A stretch of 53,223 bases of DNA, from the IMG/VR virus record IMGVR_UViG_3300048550_000310, positions 1 to 53,223 of that record; one strand, written 5' to 3'. The translations under genes were made by a program, and so were the position numbers. The first letter of the stretch is position 1. Each line of letters begins with the position of its first letter. Below the pieces are notes generated by a model, which ran no database searches, had not been told where the DNA came from, and saw nothing but the letters and a program-made list of their open reading frames with translations. Source of the DNA: a virus. Lineage: Duplodnaviria; Caudoviricetes. Positions 37,569-47,345 of this stretch are shown piece after piece.

Positions 37569-37577
37569 AGGTTTCGT

Positions 37578-37736
37578 TCATAAAAGCACCTCTTTACAGA
37601 TTCTTTTACATGATGCTTGATGTGTATCGGTACACTCAATTAGACATTCATAGTAGTCATTGATTTTTTCTAGTTCTGTGGAATCTTCAAAGTGTGTCCA
37701 TTCATATAATTGATTTCTAGAGGTAAGATTGTTCAT
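37578..37736 (-). CDS. Small twin-CX3C protein (52 aa), not in ORF track
   Basis: Manual translation MNNLTSRNQLYEWTHFEDSTELEKINDYYECLIECTDTHQASCKRICKEVLL. Confidence 0.75.
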   Translation of the reverse strand: MNNLTSRNQLYEWTHFEDSTELEKINDYYECLIECTDTHQASCKRICKEVLL

Positions 37737-37872
37737 AGGTTTTACTTTTGTAAATGTGACTCATGATGTAATTTGTGTTTGGGTTCATTGGGTCACCTCA
37801 TAATTCTATACTATCTAGGTTAGCATGTCAGTAATTCCTGACTTCATGCAACGAATATTTATGCCTAGACAT

Positions 37873-37896
37873 AAAAAAAGGACCCCGAAGGGTCCC
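37873..37896 (-). terminator. Terminator downstream of g23
   Basis: GGACCC-TTCG-GGGTCC followed by a T-run (UUCG tetraloop). Confidence 0.9.
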
Positions 37897-37917
37897 AGAG
37901 TTGTGTATCCTGATGGA

Positions 37918-39297
37918 TCACATGAGGTTTGCAACCTGTACACGACGGTAATACTTGTTGGCGTTGGCGGTAAGAGCGCCAGAACCTTGAGTAAGACCAC
38001 CAGAGAAGGGGTTCGAGACCATGCCGTAGCGAGTCTTGAAGCCGATCTTGGGCTGGAAGGTGTTAGGGTTGATTGCACGAACCTGCTGGAGAGGAACGTA
38101 AGGGCAATAGAACAGACCAGCGTCATAAGGAGAAGTACCCTTATAACCAGCAACGTAGAAGTGCTTATCAGCAACGTTTGCAGAGTAAGGATCAACATAG
38201 ACCTTGATGCGACCGTTGAGCGTACCAACCAGAGTGCTGGAGGTATCATCAACTGCAGTCAGAGAGTTGTTGCCGTTCAGAGCAGGGGTGTAATCAAGAA
38301 CACCAGCCATACCCAGAGCAGAAGCAACGTCTGCAGAGCAGATCAGGATGTTGCCCTTCCCGCGACGAGTTTGCTGACCGATTGCGTTAGCATCTCTTTC
38401 GATCTGGAACAGAAGTCCTTTGAACTTCTCAACAGACCAACGACCATTAGAGTCAACGTCAAGGTCGAAGATACCTGCAGATGCAGTGTTGTTCTGAGCA
38501 CCAGCAACAGCGTTGGTGTAGATGGTACGAACAACTTCTCTGTTGATTTCAGCGAGGATCTCAGTAGAGAGGATGTTGCTCAGTTCCTGCTCAGCATCCA
38601 GACCATGAATTGCCTTCAGGTCTTGTGCGAGTTCGATGCTGTACTCAGCTTTCAGGGCACGAGCCTTTGCTGTTACAGTGACCTTCTCGATCGAGAAGCC
38701 CATTTCACGGAACTCGCTTCCAGAGGTAGCGTCGTCCAGACCCTCAACAGTAGCAGTGCTCATGCCTTGAGCATCGCCAGTCAGTTCGTAGGTGCCAGGA
38801 GAACCGTCGTTCAGAACTGAAGGGTTGTTACCCTCAGCGTCGTTATTAGCAGAGCTAGAAGCACCAGGATCGTAGGAGGTGCCAGCACCACCAGAGAAAC
38901 CAGCGTTGGGCTCATTGAAGAATGCCTCGTCATAACCGCCAGCACCGGGATTGCGCTCGCTACCATAGTTGGTACGCATTGCGAAGATCAGTCCGGTAGG
39001 ACCAGTCATCGGTTGAACGCCAGCGATATCATAGGCGATTAGTTGGGGCATGGAGCGTCTGATCAGCGAGATCAGAACGGGGTCGAAACCAGCAACAGGA
39101 CCACCAGCGGTCGAAGCGCCGGTATAGCCGGTTGTTTGAAGAGTCTCGTTAAGAACTGAAGCTTCTTCAGTTAAGGCTTTTTCTTGGTTTTCCAGAAGTT
39201 GTGCGACTACGCCTTTCTTATAGGAATCACCGATCTCGGGTAGAGCATCGTGTTCCAGAACGGGTGCCCACTTCTCCTGAAGATTTTGGATTGACAT
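37918..39297 (-). CDS. g23: Major capsid protein gp23
   Basis: FDPVLISLIRR, GVQPMTGPTGLIFAMR, AEINREV, FQPKIGFKTRYG. Confidence 0.98.
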   Translation of the reverse strand: MSIQNLQEKWAPVLEHDALPEIGDSYKKGVVAQLLENQEKALTEEASVLNETLQTTGYTGASTAGGPVAGFDPVLISLIRRSMPQLIAYDIAGVQPMTGPTGLIFAMRTNYGSERNPGAGGYDEAFFNEPNAGFSGGAGTSYDPGASSSANNDAEGNNPSVLNDGSPGTYELTGDAQGMSTATVEGLDDATSGSEFREMGFSIEKVTVTAKARALKAEYSIELAQDLKAIHGLDAEQELSNILSTEILAEINREVVRTIYTNAVAGAQNNTASAGIFDLDVDSNGRWSVEKFKGLLFQIERDANAIGQQTRRGKGNILICSADVASALGMAGVLDYTPALNGNNSLTAVDDTSSTLVGTLNGRIKVYVDPYSANVADKHFYVAGYKGTSPYDAGLFYCPYVPLQQVRAINPNTFQPKIGFKTRYGMVSNPFSGGLTQGSGALTANANKYYRRVQVANLM

Positions 39298-39327
39298 TTG
39301 TAATCTCCGAGTTAAAGTAGTTTTTAA

Positions 39328-40347
39328 TTATTTGGACCAGCGAGCAATCGCATCGACGTATTTACCCATCGTGCCGCTTGCTGTGCTTTCGATAAGGGGT
39401 TCAGAGACTTCTTCAGTGGGGTCAGCAGAATATTCTACATCAGCCTTTCTAGTGAAGTATGATTCCTTAATCGTCTCGACTTTAGTTTTAAAGTCTTCTT
39501 CAGTTTCAAACTCAACACCCTCAGTAAGAGAAGCTAACTTCTCTTTTTGGGTCTCAGCGAGTCCCGTAGCGCATTCGTTCACAATTTCCATTTTAACAAA
39601 TTCACCAAGTTGCTTATTCAAAGCAATATTGGCGTCGATTTGCTCGTTGAGTTTATCTTCCATCTCATCAAGCTCAACTGCCAGACCATCTAGCAAGTTG
39701 AATTTCTCTTCGGGAACACCAACATTGTGCTCCACAAAAAGATCTCTTAGACCGTTGAAGAGTGACTCCGCAATATCAGACTTGATGCCATGTTCAATCT
39801 GGAGAGTATTTTCCTCAATCCAAGATTGTGCGGCGTAAGTCAGGTAGTCATCAACCTTCTCGGCCAATTCTGTTTTGATCTGCTCTACCTCTTCGGTAAG
39901 AGTAGATTCAAATGCTTCTTGCAATGCAGCGACTTCTACATTGACTTTTGAGGTGACTGCAGCTTCAAAAATTGTTACTGCACGCTCTCTGAATTCTTCT
40001 GAGAGGTCTTCACCTGCGACAAGAGCGTCAACATCTTCAGTAAAGTCGTACTCGGTTTCAGTGAGGACTTCTTCTTCATCTTCGTATCCCTCTTGTTTTG
40101 CAGATGCAGCAGATGGTTTCGTGGACAAGGACTTAGAACCTTCATGACCTACCGAACGAGCGGCGGATGAACCAGCGTTCTTAGTACCTTTTGCGCCTTC
40201 CAGCGAATCGGTTGTCACATCGATTACCTTGGCGGCACCACCTTTAGAGGTATCGATCTTTTCACCGGGTTTTGCGTTTTTGGTGACAGCGTTGGAACCT
40301 TCTTCCAACTCCTGTGCCTCAAACTCTCTATCGAGGGATTCAGACAT
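39328..40347 (-). CDS. g22: Prohead core scaffold protein gp22
   Basis: Acidic coiled coil, TIFEAAV...KVDDYL...IKESYF; between g21 and g23; start moved to ATG 40347. Confidence 0.92.
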   Translation of the reverse strand: MSESLDREFEAQELEEGSNAVTKNAKPGEKIDTSKGGAAKVIDVTTDSLEGAKGTKNAGSSAARSVGHEGSKSLSTKPSAASAKQEGYEDEEEVLTETEYDFTEDVDALVAGEDLSEEFRERAVTIFEAAVTSKVNVEVAALQEAFESTLTEEVEQIKTELAEKVDDYLTYAAQSWIEENTLQIEHGIKSDIAESLFNGLRDLFVEHNVGVPEEKFNLLDGLAVELDEMEDKLNEQIDANIALNKQLGEFVKMEIVNECATGLAETQKEKLASLTEGVEFETEEDFKTKVETIKESYFTRKADVEYSADPTEEVSEPLIESTASGTMGKYVDAIARWSK

Positions 40348-40384
40348 TTGATATTCTCCGTTATGCATTAGCTTTGTCTATGTT

Positions 40385-40392
40385 TATTTATA
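40385..40392 (-). promoter_or_regulatory. Late promoter TATAAATA upstream of g22
   Basis: Exact match in the g21-g22 intergenic region. Confidence 0.8.
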
Positions 40393-40394
40393 AA

Positions 40395-41039
40395 TCACAA
40401 ACTCTTTAAAAATCTCGCAAACGCGGAAACTTTGCGTTCTTGAAGATTGATAAGAGTTGCTTCATCAATTTCAGTTTTGATTTGAGCAACAGCCGCCTCT
40501 TTGAGGATGCCATTATCCCAAACCCATTCTTTTCCTTCCATAATACCGTCAACAAATGCATCAGGAGCAGAAGGATCAGCAACGATATCAGCTGCAGTAG
40601 CAAGCATGAAATCGTCCGCAACCATGTTGCAGTTTTCCTTTTTAATAATAGAACCCATACCTCTGGATGAAACACCCAGTTTTACACCTTCATCGAGTAG
40701 ATTTTTTGCAATTTTCCCCATAGGTGTATCTAGGAGTTTTGCACGACCGACGAAGTTGGTTCCATCTTCCGACAGAGATGTAATCTTATGTGATACTCTA
40801 TCGAGATTGATAGAGGGACCATCGGGATGACCTAATTCACCAAGAGCACGCCCTTTGCGAATATAGTTCTCATCGTATTTAGCAACTTCGCGTGCCAAAG
40901 TTTTCATTGGGTACATTCTGCCGTTGCGGTTTCTCAATTCCGCTTGCAGAAAGATACCTTCAATGAAGTAATTCTTTTTACCATCTTTCTCTTCACAGAG
41001 AAAATCGATATTTGTAATCTCTTCGGCTATGAGTCTCAT
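40395..41039 (-). CDS. g21: Prohead protease gp21
   Basis: NRNGRMY, ALGELGHP, GVSSRGMG, DIVADPSAPDA; start moved to ATG 41039. Confidence 0.95.
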   Translation of the reverse strand: MRLIAEEITNIDFLCEEKDGKKNYFIEGIFLQAELRNRNGRMYPMKTLAREVAKYDENYIRKGRALGELGHPDGPSINLDRVSHKITSLSEDGTNFVGRAKLLDTPMGKIAKNLLDEGVKLGVSSRGMGSIIKKENCNMVADDFMLATAADIVADPSAPDAFVDGIMEGKEWVWDNGILKEAAVAQIKTEIDEATLINLQERKVSAFARFLKSL

Positions 41040-41043
41040 CGGT

Positions 41044-41352
41044 TTATTCCTCAGGTTCTTGTTCGTCAGTTTCATACTCTGCTTCGGGTGATTCATGAGG
41101 TTGACGTTCGTCAACATCTACATCCGTATACTCAATATCAGTTCCATCTGGAAGTTGATCTTTGAGTTCATCCGCAACACCTTGAGCAGTGTCATCTGGA
41201 TTAAATCCCCAACTCTGAACAAAATCTTGTTTTCCTTGCTGAATAGCATCATAGCTGATTGCCCCAAGAGCATCAGCAACAGAATCAATAGACTTTGCTT
41301 TTTCGTCGTTATAGATTTGATCTACAATTTGTCTGGCGATATCGCTAGGCAT
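41044..41352 (-). CDS. Acidic prohead-core-like protein (g67/g68 position)
   Basis: 102 aa, acidic, between g20 and g21; ATAAATA upstream at 41376-41382. Confidence 0.65.
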   Translation of the reverse strand: MPSDIARQIVDQIYNDEKAKSIDSVADALGAISYDAIQQGKQDFVQSWGFNPDDTAQGVADELKDQLPDGTDIEYTDVDVDERQPHESPEAEYETDEQEPEE

Positions 41353-41381
41353 AATAAAAGTTCAATTACGTTTACTATTTA

Positions 41382-42995
41382 TTAAAATTCACCACGCTGA
41401 ACATCAGCGGGATCTGGTCCTTGAGATTGACCAGTCATTGGTTGTTGCTCTGGAGGCATGGCGTTGGGATCGCCAGCAGCCATAGCGAGATCCATTTCCG
41501 CTGCAGGATCAGGTAAAACACCAGATTCGATTTCAGCAGCGATTTGTTTGTCAATTTCACTGATCTCCCTATCGGTTTGCTTAAGGACCTGACGGCGCAT
41601 GTATTCAACAGAAAAATACTTGCCAACAAAAGGATCCATGTTTGCAACTTGATTCATTCTTTCATTGCGAATTTCAATCTCTTTGAGTTCGGTGAAATAA
41701 TTATCCGCAATATAATCAAATTGAATATGCTCCTTCATCTCATCCCACTCTTCAATAGACATAACGCCTTTAAGAACAAGTTGAGTTTTCAGAAGATCCA
41801 TGAACAGTTCACTGAAACGCTTTCTCAGTCTTGCTACAAATTTCTGGAACTTTACTTCGTCCCTAGTAATTTCAGCAGCACGGCCGATATTGAATGTAGT
41901 CTCAGTTTCAAGTCTCGATGAGGGCACGTTCAAAGCTTTGTAGAGCTTCTTCTGGAAGTATTTTACATCTTCCAATTCACCGAGATTTTGCCCGCCAGGA
42001 AGAGTAGAAATTTCTGTACCGCGCCCTCCCTCGCGGCGGGGTAACCAGAAGTCCTCCAACATGGACATAAACTTCTTGTCATCCTTGATCTCACCCGTAT
42101 TAGCATCGTAAACCATTTTGTTACGATAGCGACTCATAACCTCACGCAGATATTGCTCTGCTTTATTTTTAGGAAGATTACCAACATCAATATAAAAAAT
42201 TCTACGCTCTGGTGCTCTGCTCAAACGATAGATCACCAAAGAATCTTCGATCATACGAAGTTGATTGACTGCCTTAATCGCCTTATGAAGGTGGGAAAGT
42301 GTCATGTTTTTATTCAGGTCTTGAATGCCTGAGTGACAATATGTCACGGAATCAGGAGCAATCTTCATACCCTGATTAGTAGAATTTTTCAGACCCTTTG
42401 GATTATAGAGAAAATACTCTGCACTTTTTCTAGTGAGTTGAGTATTGATATCTACACCACGCAGTTCTTCTGGTTTCCTTTGTTGATACTCAGTTACCTT
42501 GCGAATCTTACGAGGATCAATGTAACGCAACTCGGTAAGTCCACCCCTAGGATTTTTAGGGTCAATAATTTTATGGTAAAATAATCTACCATCAACATAC
42601 CAACGACGAAAGATTTCATATGAACGATTTTCAAAATCTAGCAAACGAAGAATTTGACCAAACTCTTCTCTGATAAGTTTTTTAATCTTTTCAGATGATT
42701 TTAAATTAGATAACTCAACTTCTACGGGTACATCATCAAAATTGCCGCAGATAGTTTCATTTACAATATCATCGACAGCACTATCACATTCCGGTTGCAG
42801 AACCATCTCTCTATAACGAGAAATGAGTTCATGTTCATTGCGAAGAGTTCCATCAAAATCAACGGAATAACCATAATAACCGCCACCTACAATAGGTTGC
42901 GATCCATCCATCGAATCCTTTTGTACAAAAGAAGGACCCTTTGGTTTTTTTTTCGCCCTCTCTAGCGAAAATCCAAATAATTGTTGACCTGCCAT
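41382..42995 (-). CDS. g20: Portal protein gp20
   Basis: WYVDGR, RAPERRIFYIDVGNLPK.KAEQYL, EDFWLPRREGGRGTEI. Confidence 0.97.
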   Translation of the reverse strand: MAGQQLFGFSLERAKKKPKGPSFVQKDSMDGSQPIVGGGYYGYSVDFDGTLRNEHELISRYREMVLQPECDSAVDDIVNETICGNFDDVPVEVELSNLKSSEKIKKLIREEFGQILRLLDFENRSYEIFRRWYVDGRLFYHKIIDPKNPRGGLTELRYIDPRKIRKVTEYQQRKPEELRGVDINTQLTRKSAEYFLYNPKGLKNSTNQGMKIAPDSVTYCHSGIQDLNKNMTLSHLHKAIKAVNQLRMIEDSLVIYRLSRAPERRIFYIDVGNLPKNKAEQYLREVMSRYRNKMVYDANTGEIKDDKKFMSMLEDFWLPRREGGRGTEISTLPGGQNLGELEDVKYFQKKLYKALNVPSSRLETETTFNIGRAAEITRDEVKFQKFVARLRKRFSELFMDLLKTQLVLKGVMSIEEWDEMKEHIQFDYIADNYFTELKEIEIRNERMNQVANMDPFVGKYFSVEYMRRQVLKQTDREISEIDKQIAAEIESGVLPDPAAEMDLAMAAGDPNAMPPEQQPMTGQSQGPDPADVQRGEF

Positions 42996-43032
42996 TACAT
43001 CACTGTGGGGTATACTTTATTTAGTCTGATTA

Positions 43033-43656
43033 TTAATGCTTGATCATAGACCTACTATCATCTCTCTCTACCATACGGTAGTTCTGATATTCAAATTGAA
43101 CTGTAAATTCTTGAACCTGATCATTCGATCCGCTATCTAGTTCAATAGCACCGACCATTGTTGGCCATAACCCATAGAACTTATATGCTGTTGGAATTTG
43201 AGGTCTGTCGTGATTTTTATTCCACTTATCTCTATAGTAAGTATCGAGTCTCAGATCTCCAAAGAAATGAACATTATTTTTATCGGTATTGTACATGTAA
43301 TTATTATCGACATGCCTCATTCCTTTATGCCAATCTAAAAATGTATTTCTTGCTACATGTTTAGAATCATTCATAAATGTAAGTGTCAAAGGTTCAAAAA
43401 CTCGTTCGCCCGGTATTTTATATCCCATACCTCTGTACGGAACATCAATTGATGCAACCTGAGAACCGGGTAATAATGCGCCACGGCAAAGAAATTTCAA
43501 GATTCTTTTTCTTTCTGAATTTTGATCTCCTCTACCACCTAGACCATACATAAAGAATTCGCGTGGCAAATAAACGTGAACTGCAAAAAGATTAGTTCTG
43601 GCAAGTCCACCTAACTTATCAAGTTGAGATTTGAACCTTGTAATACTTGTAGTCAT
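43033..43656 (-). CDS. g19: Tail tube protein paralog 3 (gp19-like)
   Basis: GLARTNLF, LPG..V..IDVPYRG..YKIPGER.FEP, WPT.VGAIELD, QEFTVQFEY. Confidence 0.8.
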   Translation of the reverse strand: MTTSITRFKSQLDKLGGLARTNLFAVHVYLPREFFMYGLGGRGDQNSERKRILKFLCRGALLPGSQVASIDVPYRGMGYKIPGERVFEPLTLTFMNDSKHVARNTFLDWHKGMRHVDNNYMYNTDKNNVHFFGDLRLDTYYRDKWNKNHDRPQIPTAYKFYGLWPTMVGAIELDSGSNDQVQEFTVQFEYQNYRMVERDDSRSMIKH

Positions 43657-43672
43657 CTTTGCCTCATCTATT

Positions 43673-43697
43673 AAAAAGGTCCCTAGTGGGACCTTTT
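43673..43697 (-). terminator. Hairpin/terminator between g19 paralogs 2 and 3
   Basis: AAAAGGTCCC-TAGT-GGGACCTTTT perfect inverted repeat ending in T5 on the minus strand. Confidence 0.7.
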
Positions 43698-43721
43698 AAA
43701 GTTCCTTAATTATTTAGGAAT

Positions 43722-44336
43722 TTATGCGTAAGTTTCTTTCCAATGGGAAATTTGGAATTCAACTGTGAATTCTTGAATTGCATCATTACTTCCCCAATCC
43801 AAATCAATTGCAGAGATTGCACTAGGATATGCATTTTTAAATTTGTACTCAACAATATTACTTTGAGTTCCACGTCTAGACAATTGTTTAACTGTCATAT
43901 CTACATAAGTGTCATCTGCACCCTGACCTTTTTTGGGTGTCGTTACTCCGAGCTCGGAGAAGTTGTGATCAGTCTGTTGAATCATACCAATCCATATTTC
44001 AAATGCGGATCTTAGTTTATAATCCTGATCGTTCATGATAGTAACAGTCCAAGGTTCAAATGTTCTATCACCTGCAATTTTTAACATACGACCACGAAAA
44101 GGAACTTCCACTACACCAATTGTAGATGCGGGAAGTTGCGCTGCCCTACACATGAACTCACTCAACTCCAGCGACTTCGCTCCTTGATATTTACCGCCAG
44201 TATTTTTTTTCCAATTGACGGCAGCCTTTACACCTGCTGGAAGGTCAAGTCCAACTTTAAATAAATTAGGTCTTGCTAATCCAGCAGTGTCAATAACTGT
44301 ACTCTTAAAAGTTGAAATACTTTGATTTTTTGCCAT
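43722..44336 (-). CDS. g19: Tail tube protein gp19 (most canonical copy)
   Basis: GLARPNLFKV, AAQLPASTIG.VEVPFRGR.LKIAGDRTFEPWTVT.MND, IQEFTVEFQ. Confidence 0.9.
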   Translation of the reverse strand: MAKNQSISTFKSTVIDTAGLARPNLFKVGLDLPAGVKAAVNWKKNTGGKYQGAKSLELSEFMCRAAQLPASTIGVVEVPFRGRMLKIAGDRTFEPWTVTIMNDQDYKLRSAFEIWIGMIQQTDHNFSELGVTTPKKGQGADDTYVDMTVKQLSRRGTQSNIVEYKFKNAYPSAISAIDLDWGSNDAIQEFTVEFQISHWKETYA

Positions 44337-44374
44337 TTTGATATACCTCTAATATTTGTTGAAAAATTAATTAA

Positions 44375-44923
44375 TTACTTCTCTTCTACAGTCCAGTGAC
44401 TATACTGCCACTCACATGTAAATTCTTCAACTGCATCGTTTGAAGCAAAATCAAGATCAATTGCAGACATTGACGATGGGAAAGCATTATGGAACTGATA
44501 CTTTCTAGCCATAGATAAATCATCAGTTGCCTTAGAATCTCGTTTGAAGGCAACTACAGTTAAAGTCGTAGTGTAATCTAGATTACCTGTTTTAGTGTAG
44601 TTGGTTTCGAGATCTTGAATATCTTTAATCCAACTTTCGATGAATTTTCTAACTTCAAATTCTTCGGTATTCATGATGGTAGTAGACCAAGCATCAAAAG
44701 TTCTATCCCCAGGAACATTAAACACCCTTCCTTGAAATGGAATTGCAATAGTTCCGATATTAGATGCGGGAAGAGAAGTTGCTTTAATTAGAAATGAAGA
44801 TTTTGCCGGAATAGTTTTACTCGACAAATTAGTGTTCGTTCCTAACGTCACCTTAAATAGGTTAGACCTGGCGAACCCTGTGTCGATCTTGCTCTTGAAG
44901 TCACTCAAAGATTTTTTTGCCAT
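44375..44923 (-). CDS. g19: Tail tube protein paralog 1 (gp19-like)
   Basis: ARSNLFKV, LPASNIG.IAIPFQGR...PGDRTFD.W, FPS.MSAIDL, VEEFTCEWQY. Confidence 0.85.
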   Translation of the reverse strand: MAKKSLSDFKSKIDTGFARSNLFKVTLGTNTNLSSKTIPAKSSFLIKATSLPASNIGTIAIPFQGRVFNVPGDRTFDAWSTTIMNTEEFEVRKFIESWIKDIQDLETNYTKTGNLDYTTTLTVVAFKRDSKATDDLSMARKYQFHNAFPSSMSAIDLDFASNDAVEEFTCEWQYSHWTVEEK

Positions 44924-44959
44924 ATAATTAACCTACTACGATTTGTACTTGTCTACGAG

Positions 44960-44967
44960 TATTTATA
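44960..44967 (-). promoter_or_regulatory. Late promoter TATAAATA upstream of the g19 cluster
   Basis: Exact match just downstream of the g18 terminator. Confidence 0.8.
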
Positions 44968-44972
44968 AAAAC

Positions 44973-45007
44973 AAAAAAATTGAGACCCCTTTTTAGGGAG
45001 GTCTCAA
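44973..45007 (-). terminator. Terminator downstream of g18
   Basis: TTGAGACCTCCC-TAAAAA-GGGGTCTCAA hairpin followed by T7. Confidence 0.75.
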
Positions 45008-45031
45008 AGTAGAAGTTATGTGTAACTTATA

Positions 45032-47284
45032 TCAGCTAACGACTTCAGCGAATGAAATGCCGGAGCGAGTCGCAATGAAGGAGAGTGTGATATAGTTAAT
45101 CGTTCTTGTCGGTTTTACATAAATCTCAGCAAAGAACTCACCACGATCAACTGCCTCAGGCGGGTTGTTGGATTCGTCACACTTAACGAGGAAGTCAGTT
45201 ACACCACGACGACCTTGAACCATCTGCATATAAGGTTCTACGATATTCAAGAAGAACCCTCTTTGCGCCTCATCGTTCTGCTCAAACAGTTGTGTCTTAG
45301 CAGCTTGCTCGATGAATCTTTCGATGGTCAGGAACAGGCGGCGAACATTGATTCTGTCGAAGGCAGAAGCAAAGGCCAGAGCAGTCTTATCACCATACAG
45401 AACGGTGCCTTGACCAGGGAAAGTTACAATCGGGTTGACTCTGTTAGCATAGAGTTGATCTCTCTGTGCTTTGTTTGGAGTATAACCCATCTTGATAACG
45501 TTTCTCAATACACCCCGAGTGAAACCTGCAGGAGAGAACCAAGGATCTGCGAGAAGATTTGTTTGTACACACAAACCAGCGATATCTGAGTTGCAAGGAA
45601 TATAACGATACTTGTCATTATACTTGTCATAGACATACTTATAACCAGAATCAAACATCATGTAAGAACTGCTAGGTAGAGTCTTAAAGAATTTTACGAT
45701 GTTATCGGTGACGACCTGAGGATCGGTAACACCAAGGACATGTCCACGACGAGGAGAAACATAAGCAACACAATCCTTGCGGAGATCAACAACTTGCATG
45801 ATCGTATTGACCTTAGACAGACCAGAAACATCGGTAGTTCCAGTAGGACCAGTCAAAATAAAGTCAACAGTAACTGCCTCACGATCAGCAATCAAGTCAT
45901 AAGACTTAGCAAGATCGGTGTTGGAAATATCATAGAAACCGCCACTGACGCTATAACTAGTTCCGCCACTAAGTCTATAGTAATAAGAAGCGTTGTTCTT
46001 AGAACCAACAGCAACATTACCTGCAGGATAACTAATACCACCAGCAGCAGAACGAAGTATATTAAATTTACGATTTTCTGCAGAAGCTCCCCAGTTACCA
46101 TCGGACGTATTGGTGTTTGCATCATGAACATCAGTCTCATGCTCACCCCAATAGACATATGCAGACTTAACTTTAATTACCTGAGGATAATAGTTGTTTT
46201 CCCCAACACTTGTCTTAGCATCAGATGCCTTAGAAACGTTCAAGAATCTCTCAAGTAAAGTTCCAGGAGTACCAGTCAGTTTACCATCGATATCAATAAC
46301 GAGAACGTGAAGTTCGTCACGGAATCCTCCTTTACTTGCAGCATATTGGGAAGTGCCAGGACGAGCAGCAACAGAGATCCATTTTGCATTAGGAGCATAT
46401 TCACGCTCTTGATATTCTTCACGAACGGTAGTAATTACTACTGAAGTGGAGTTTGTATCTGTAACAGCATCACTATCTGCAAAATCGATGCTATCCTTGT
46501 CTTTGATGATATAAAGACGACGCTCAATACCAGAAGTAGCAATAACCGCAGTGTTTGTACCCTGAGTTACAGTTTGACCATCAGCAAGGATACCAGTAAC
46601 ACCACCAGAAGGAAGACCGATTTCCAGTTTCTTATTAGTAGCATCCCACGCAAGAACAGTAACTGCTTCTGCAGAACCGCCAATATCAATAGTGGTAGAA
46701 GTTCCGGGCACAAATGTACCTACGATAGTATCTACATCAAGAACAATGCTATACTTAAATACTTCACCAGCAGCACCAGAGGCAGCAGTCAGTGCTTCAT
46801 CAGCAACAAACTCATGCTCGTTACCGGAACCAGGAGCAGGAAGAACAGCAATATGATCAGCACCAGCATCAGTTACGAAAATGCCAATTGAGTTTCCATC
46901 AGTACCGGGTGTTCTAGATGCCCAAGTCCAGGTGTTGGCAGCGATCTCAAAGGAACCTTCGTAGTTGTCAAGATTTTTAATCAGAGGAGCAGTGCCTTGA
47001 TCGGCAGCATTCTTAAGAGCAGTATCAGTAACTCTTACGACCTTAAGAAGACCACCATAAGAAAGAAAGTTTGCTGCGGTGAACCAGTATTCATAGTTAT
47101 AATCGTTGGGTTCACCAAACTTTTCAACGAGTTGTGTTTCAGAAACAATGTCTACAATTTCCTCTACGGGACCTTGTTCAAAAGGACCAGCAAGAAAACC
47201 AACATTCGCTGTTGGCACTACGGCTGTTGTAGTTAGATCCCTTTCCTGGATAACTACCCCAGGCGATAATTGGTTAGATGCCAT
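45032..47284 (-). CDS. g18: Tail sheath protein gp18
   Basis: SPGVVIQERDLT, PWFSPAG..RG, FDRINVRRLF, KPTRTINYI.L.F. Confidence 0.96.
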   Translation of the reverse strand: MASNQLSPGVVIQERDLTTTAVVPTANVGFLAGPFEQGPVEEIVDIVSETQLVEKFGEPNDYNYEYWFTAANFLSYGGLLKVVRVTDTALKNAADQGTAPLIKNLDNYEGSFEIAANTWTWASRTPGTDGNSIGIFVTDAGADHIAVLPAPGSGNEHEFVADEALTAASGAAGEVFKYSIVLDVDTIVGTFVPGTSTTIDIGGSAEAVTVLAWDATNKKLEIGLPSGGVTGILADGQTVTQGTNTAVIATSGIERRLYIIKDKDSIDFADSDAVTDTNSTSVVITTVREEYQEREYAPNAKWISVAARPGTSQYAASKGGFRDELHVLVIDIDGKLTGTPGTLLERFLNVSKASDAKTSVGENNYYPQVIKVKSAYVYWGEHETDVHDANTNTSDGNWGASAENRKFNILRSAAGGISYPAGNVAVGSKNNASYYYRLSGGTSYSVSGGFYDISNTDLAKSYDLIADREAVTVDFILTGPTGTTDVSGLSKVNTIMQVVDLRKDCVAYVSPRRGHVLGVTDPQVVTDNIVKFFKTLPSSSYMMFDSGYKYVYDKYNDKYRYIPCNSDIAGLCVQTNLLADPWFSPAGFTRGVLRNVIKMGYTPNKAQRDQLYANRVNPIVTFPGQGTVLYGDKTALAFASAFDRINVRRLFLTIERFIEQAAKTQLFEQNDEAQRGFFLNIVEPYMQMVQGRRGVTDFLVKCDESNNPPEAVDRGEFFAEIYVKPTRTINYITLSFIATRSGISFAEVVS

Positions 47285-47326
47285 CGTGATATACTCCTAA
47301 AAGTTCCGTTATCGGTTGTCTAGGAT

Positions 47327-47334
47327 TATTTATA
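47327..47334 (-). promoter_or_regulatory. Late promoter TATAAATA upstream of g18
   Basis: Exact match in the g17-g18 intergenic region. Confidence 0.8.
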
Positions 47335-47345
47335 TTTTTGGAACC

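Noticed and set aside
37825-38820. 331-aa plus-strand ORF antisense to g23
   Set aside because: Shadow frame of a strongly codon-biased gene; no recognisable motifs and it crosses the g23 terminator
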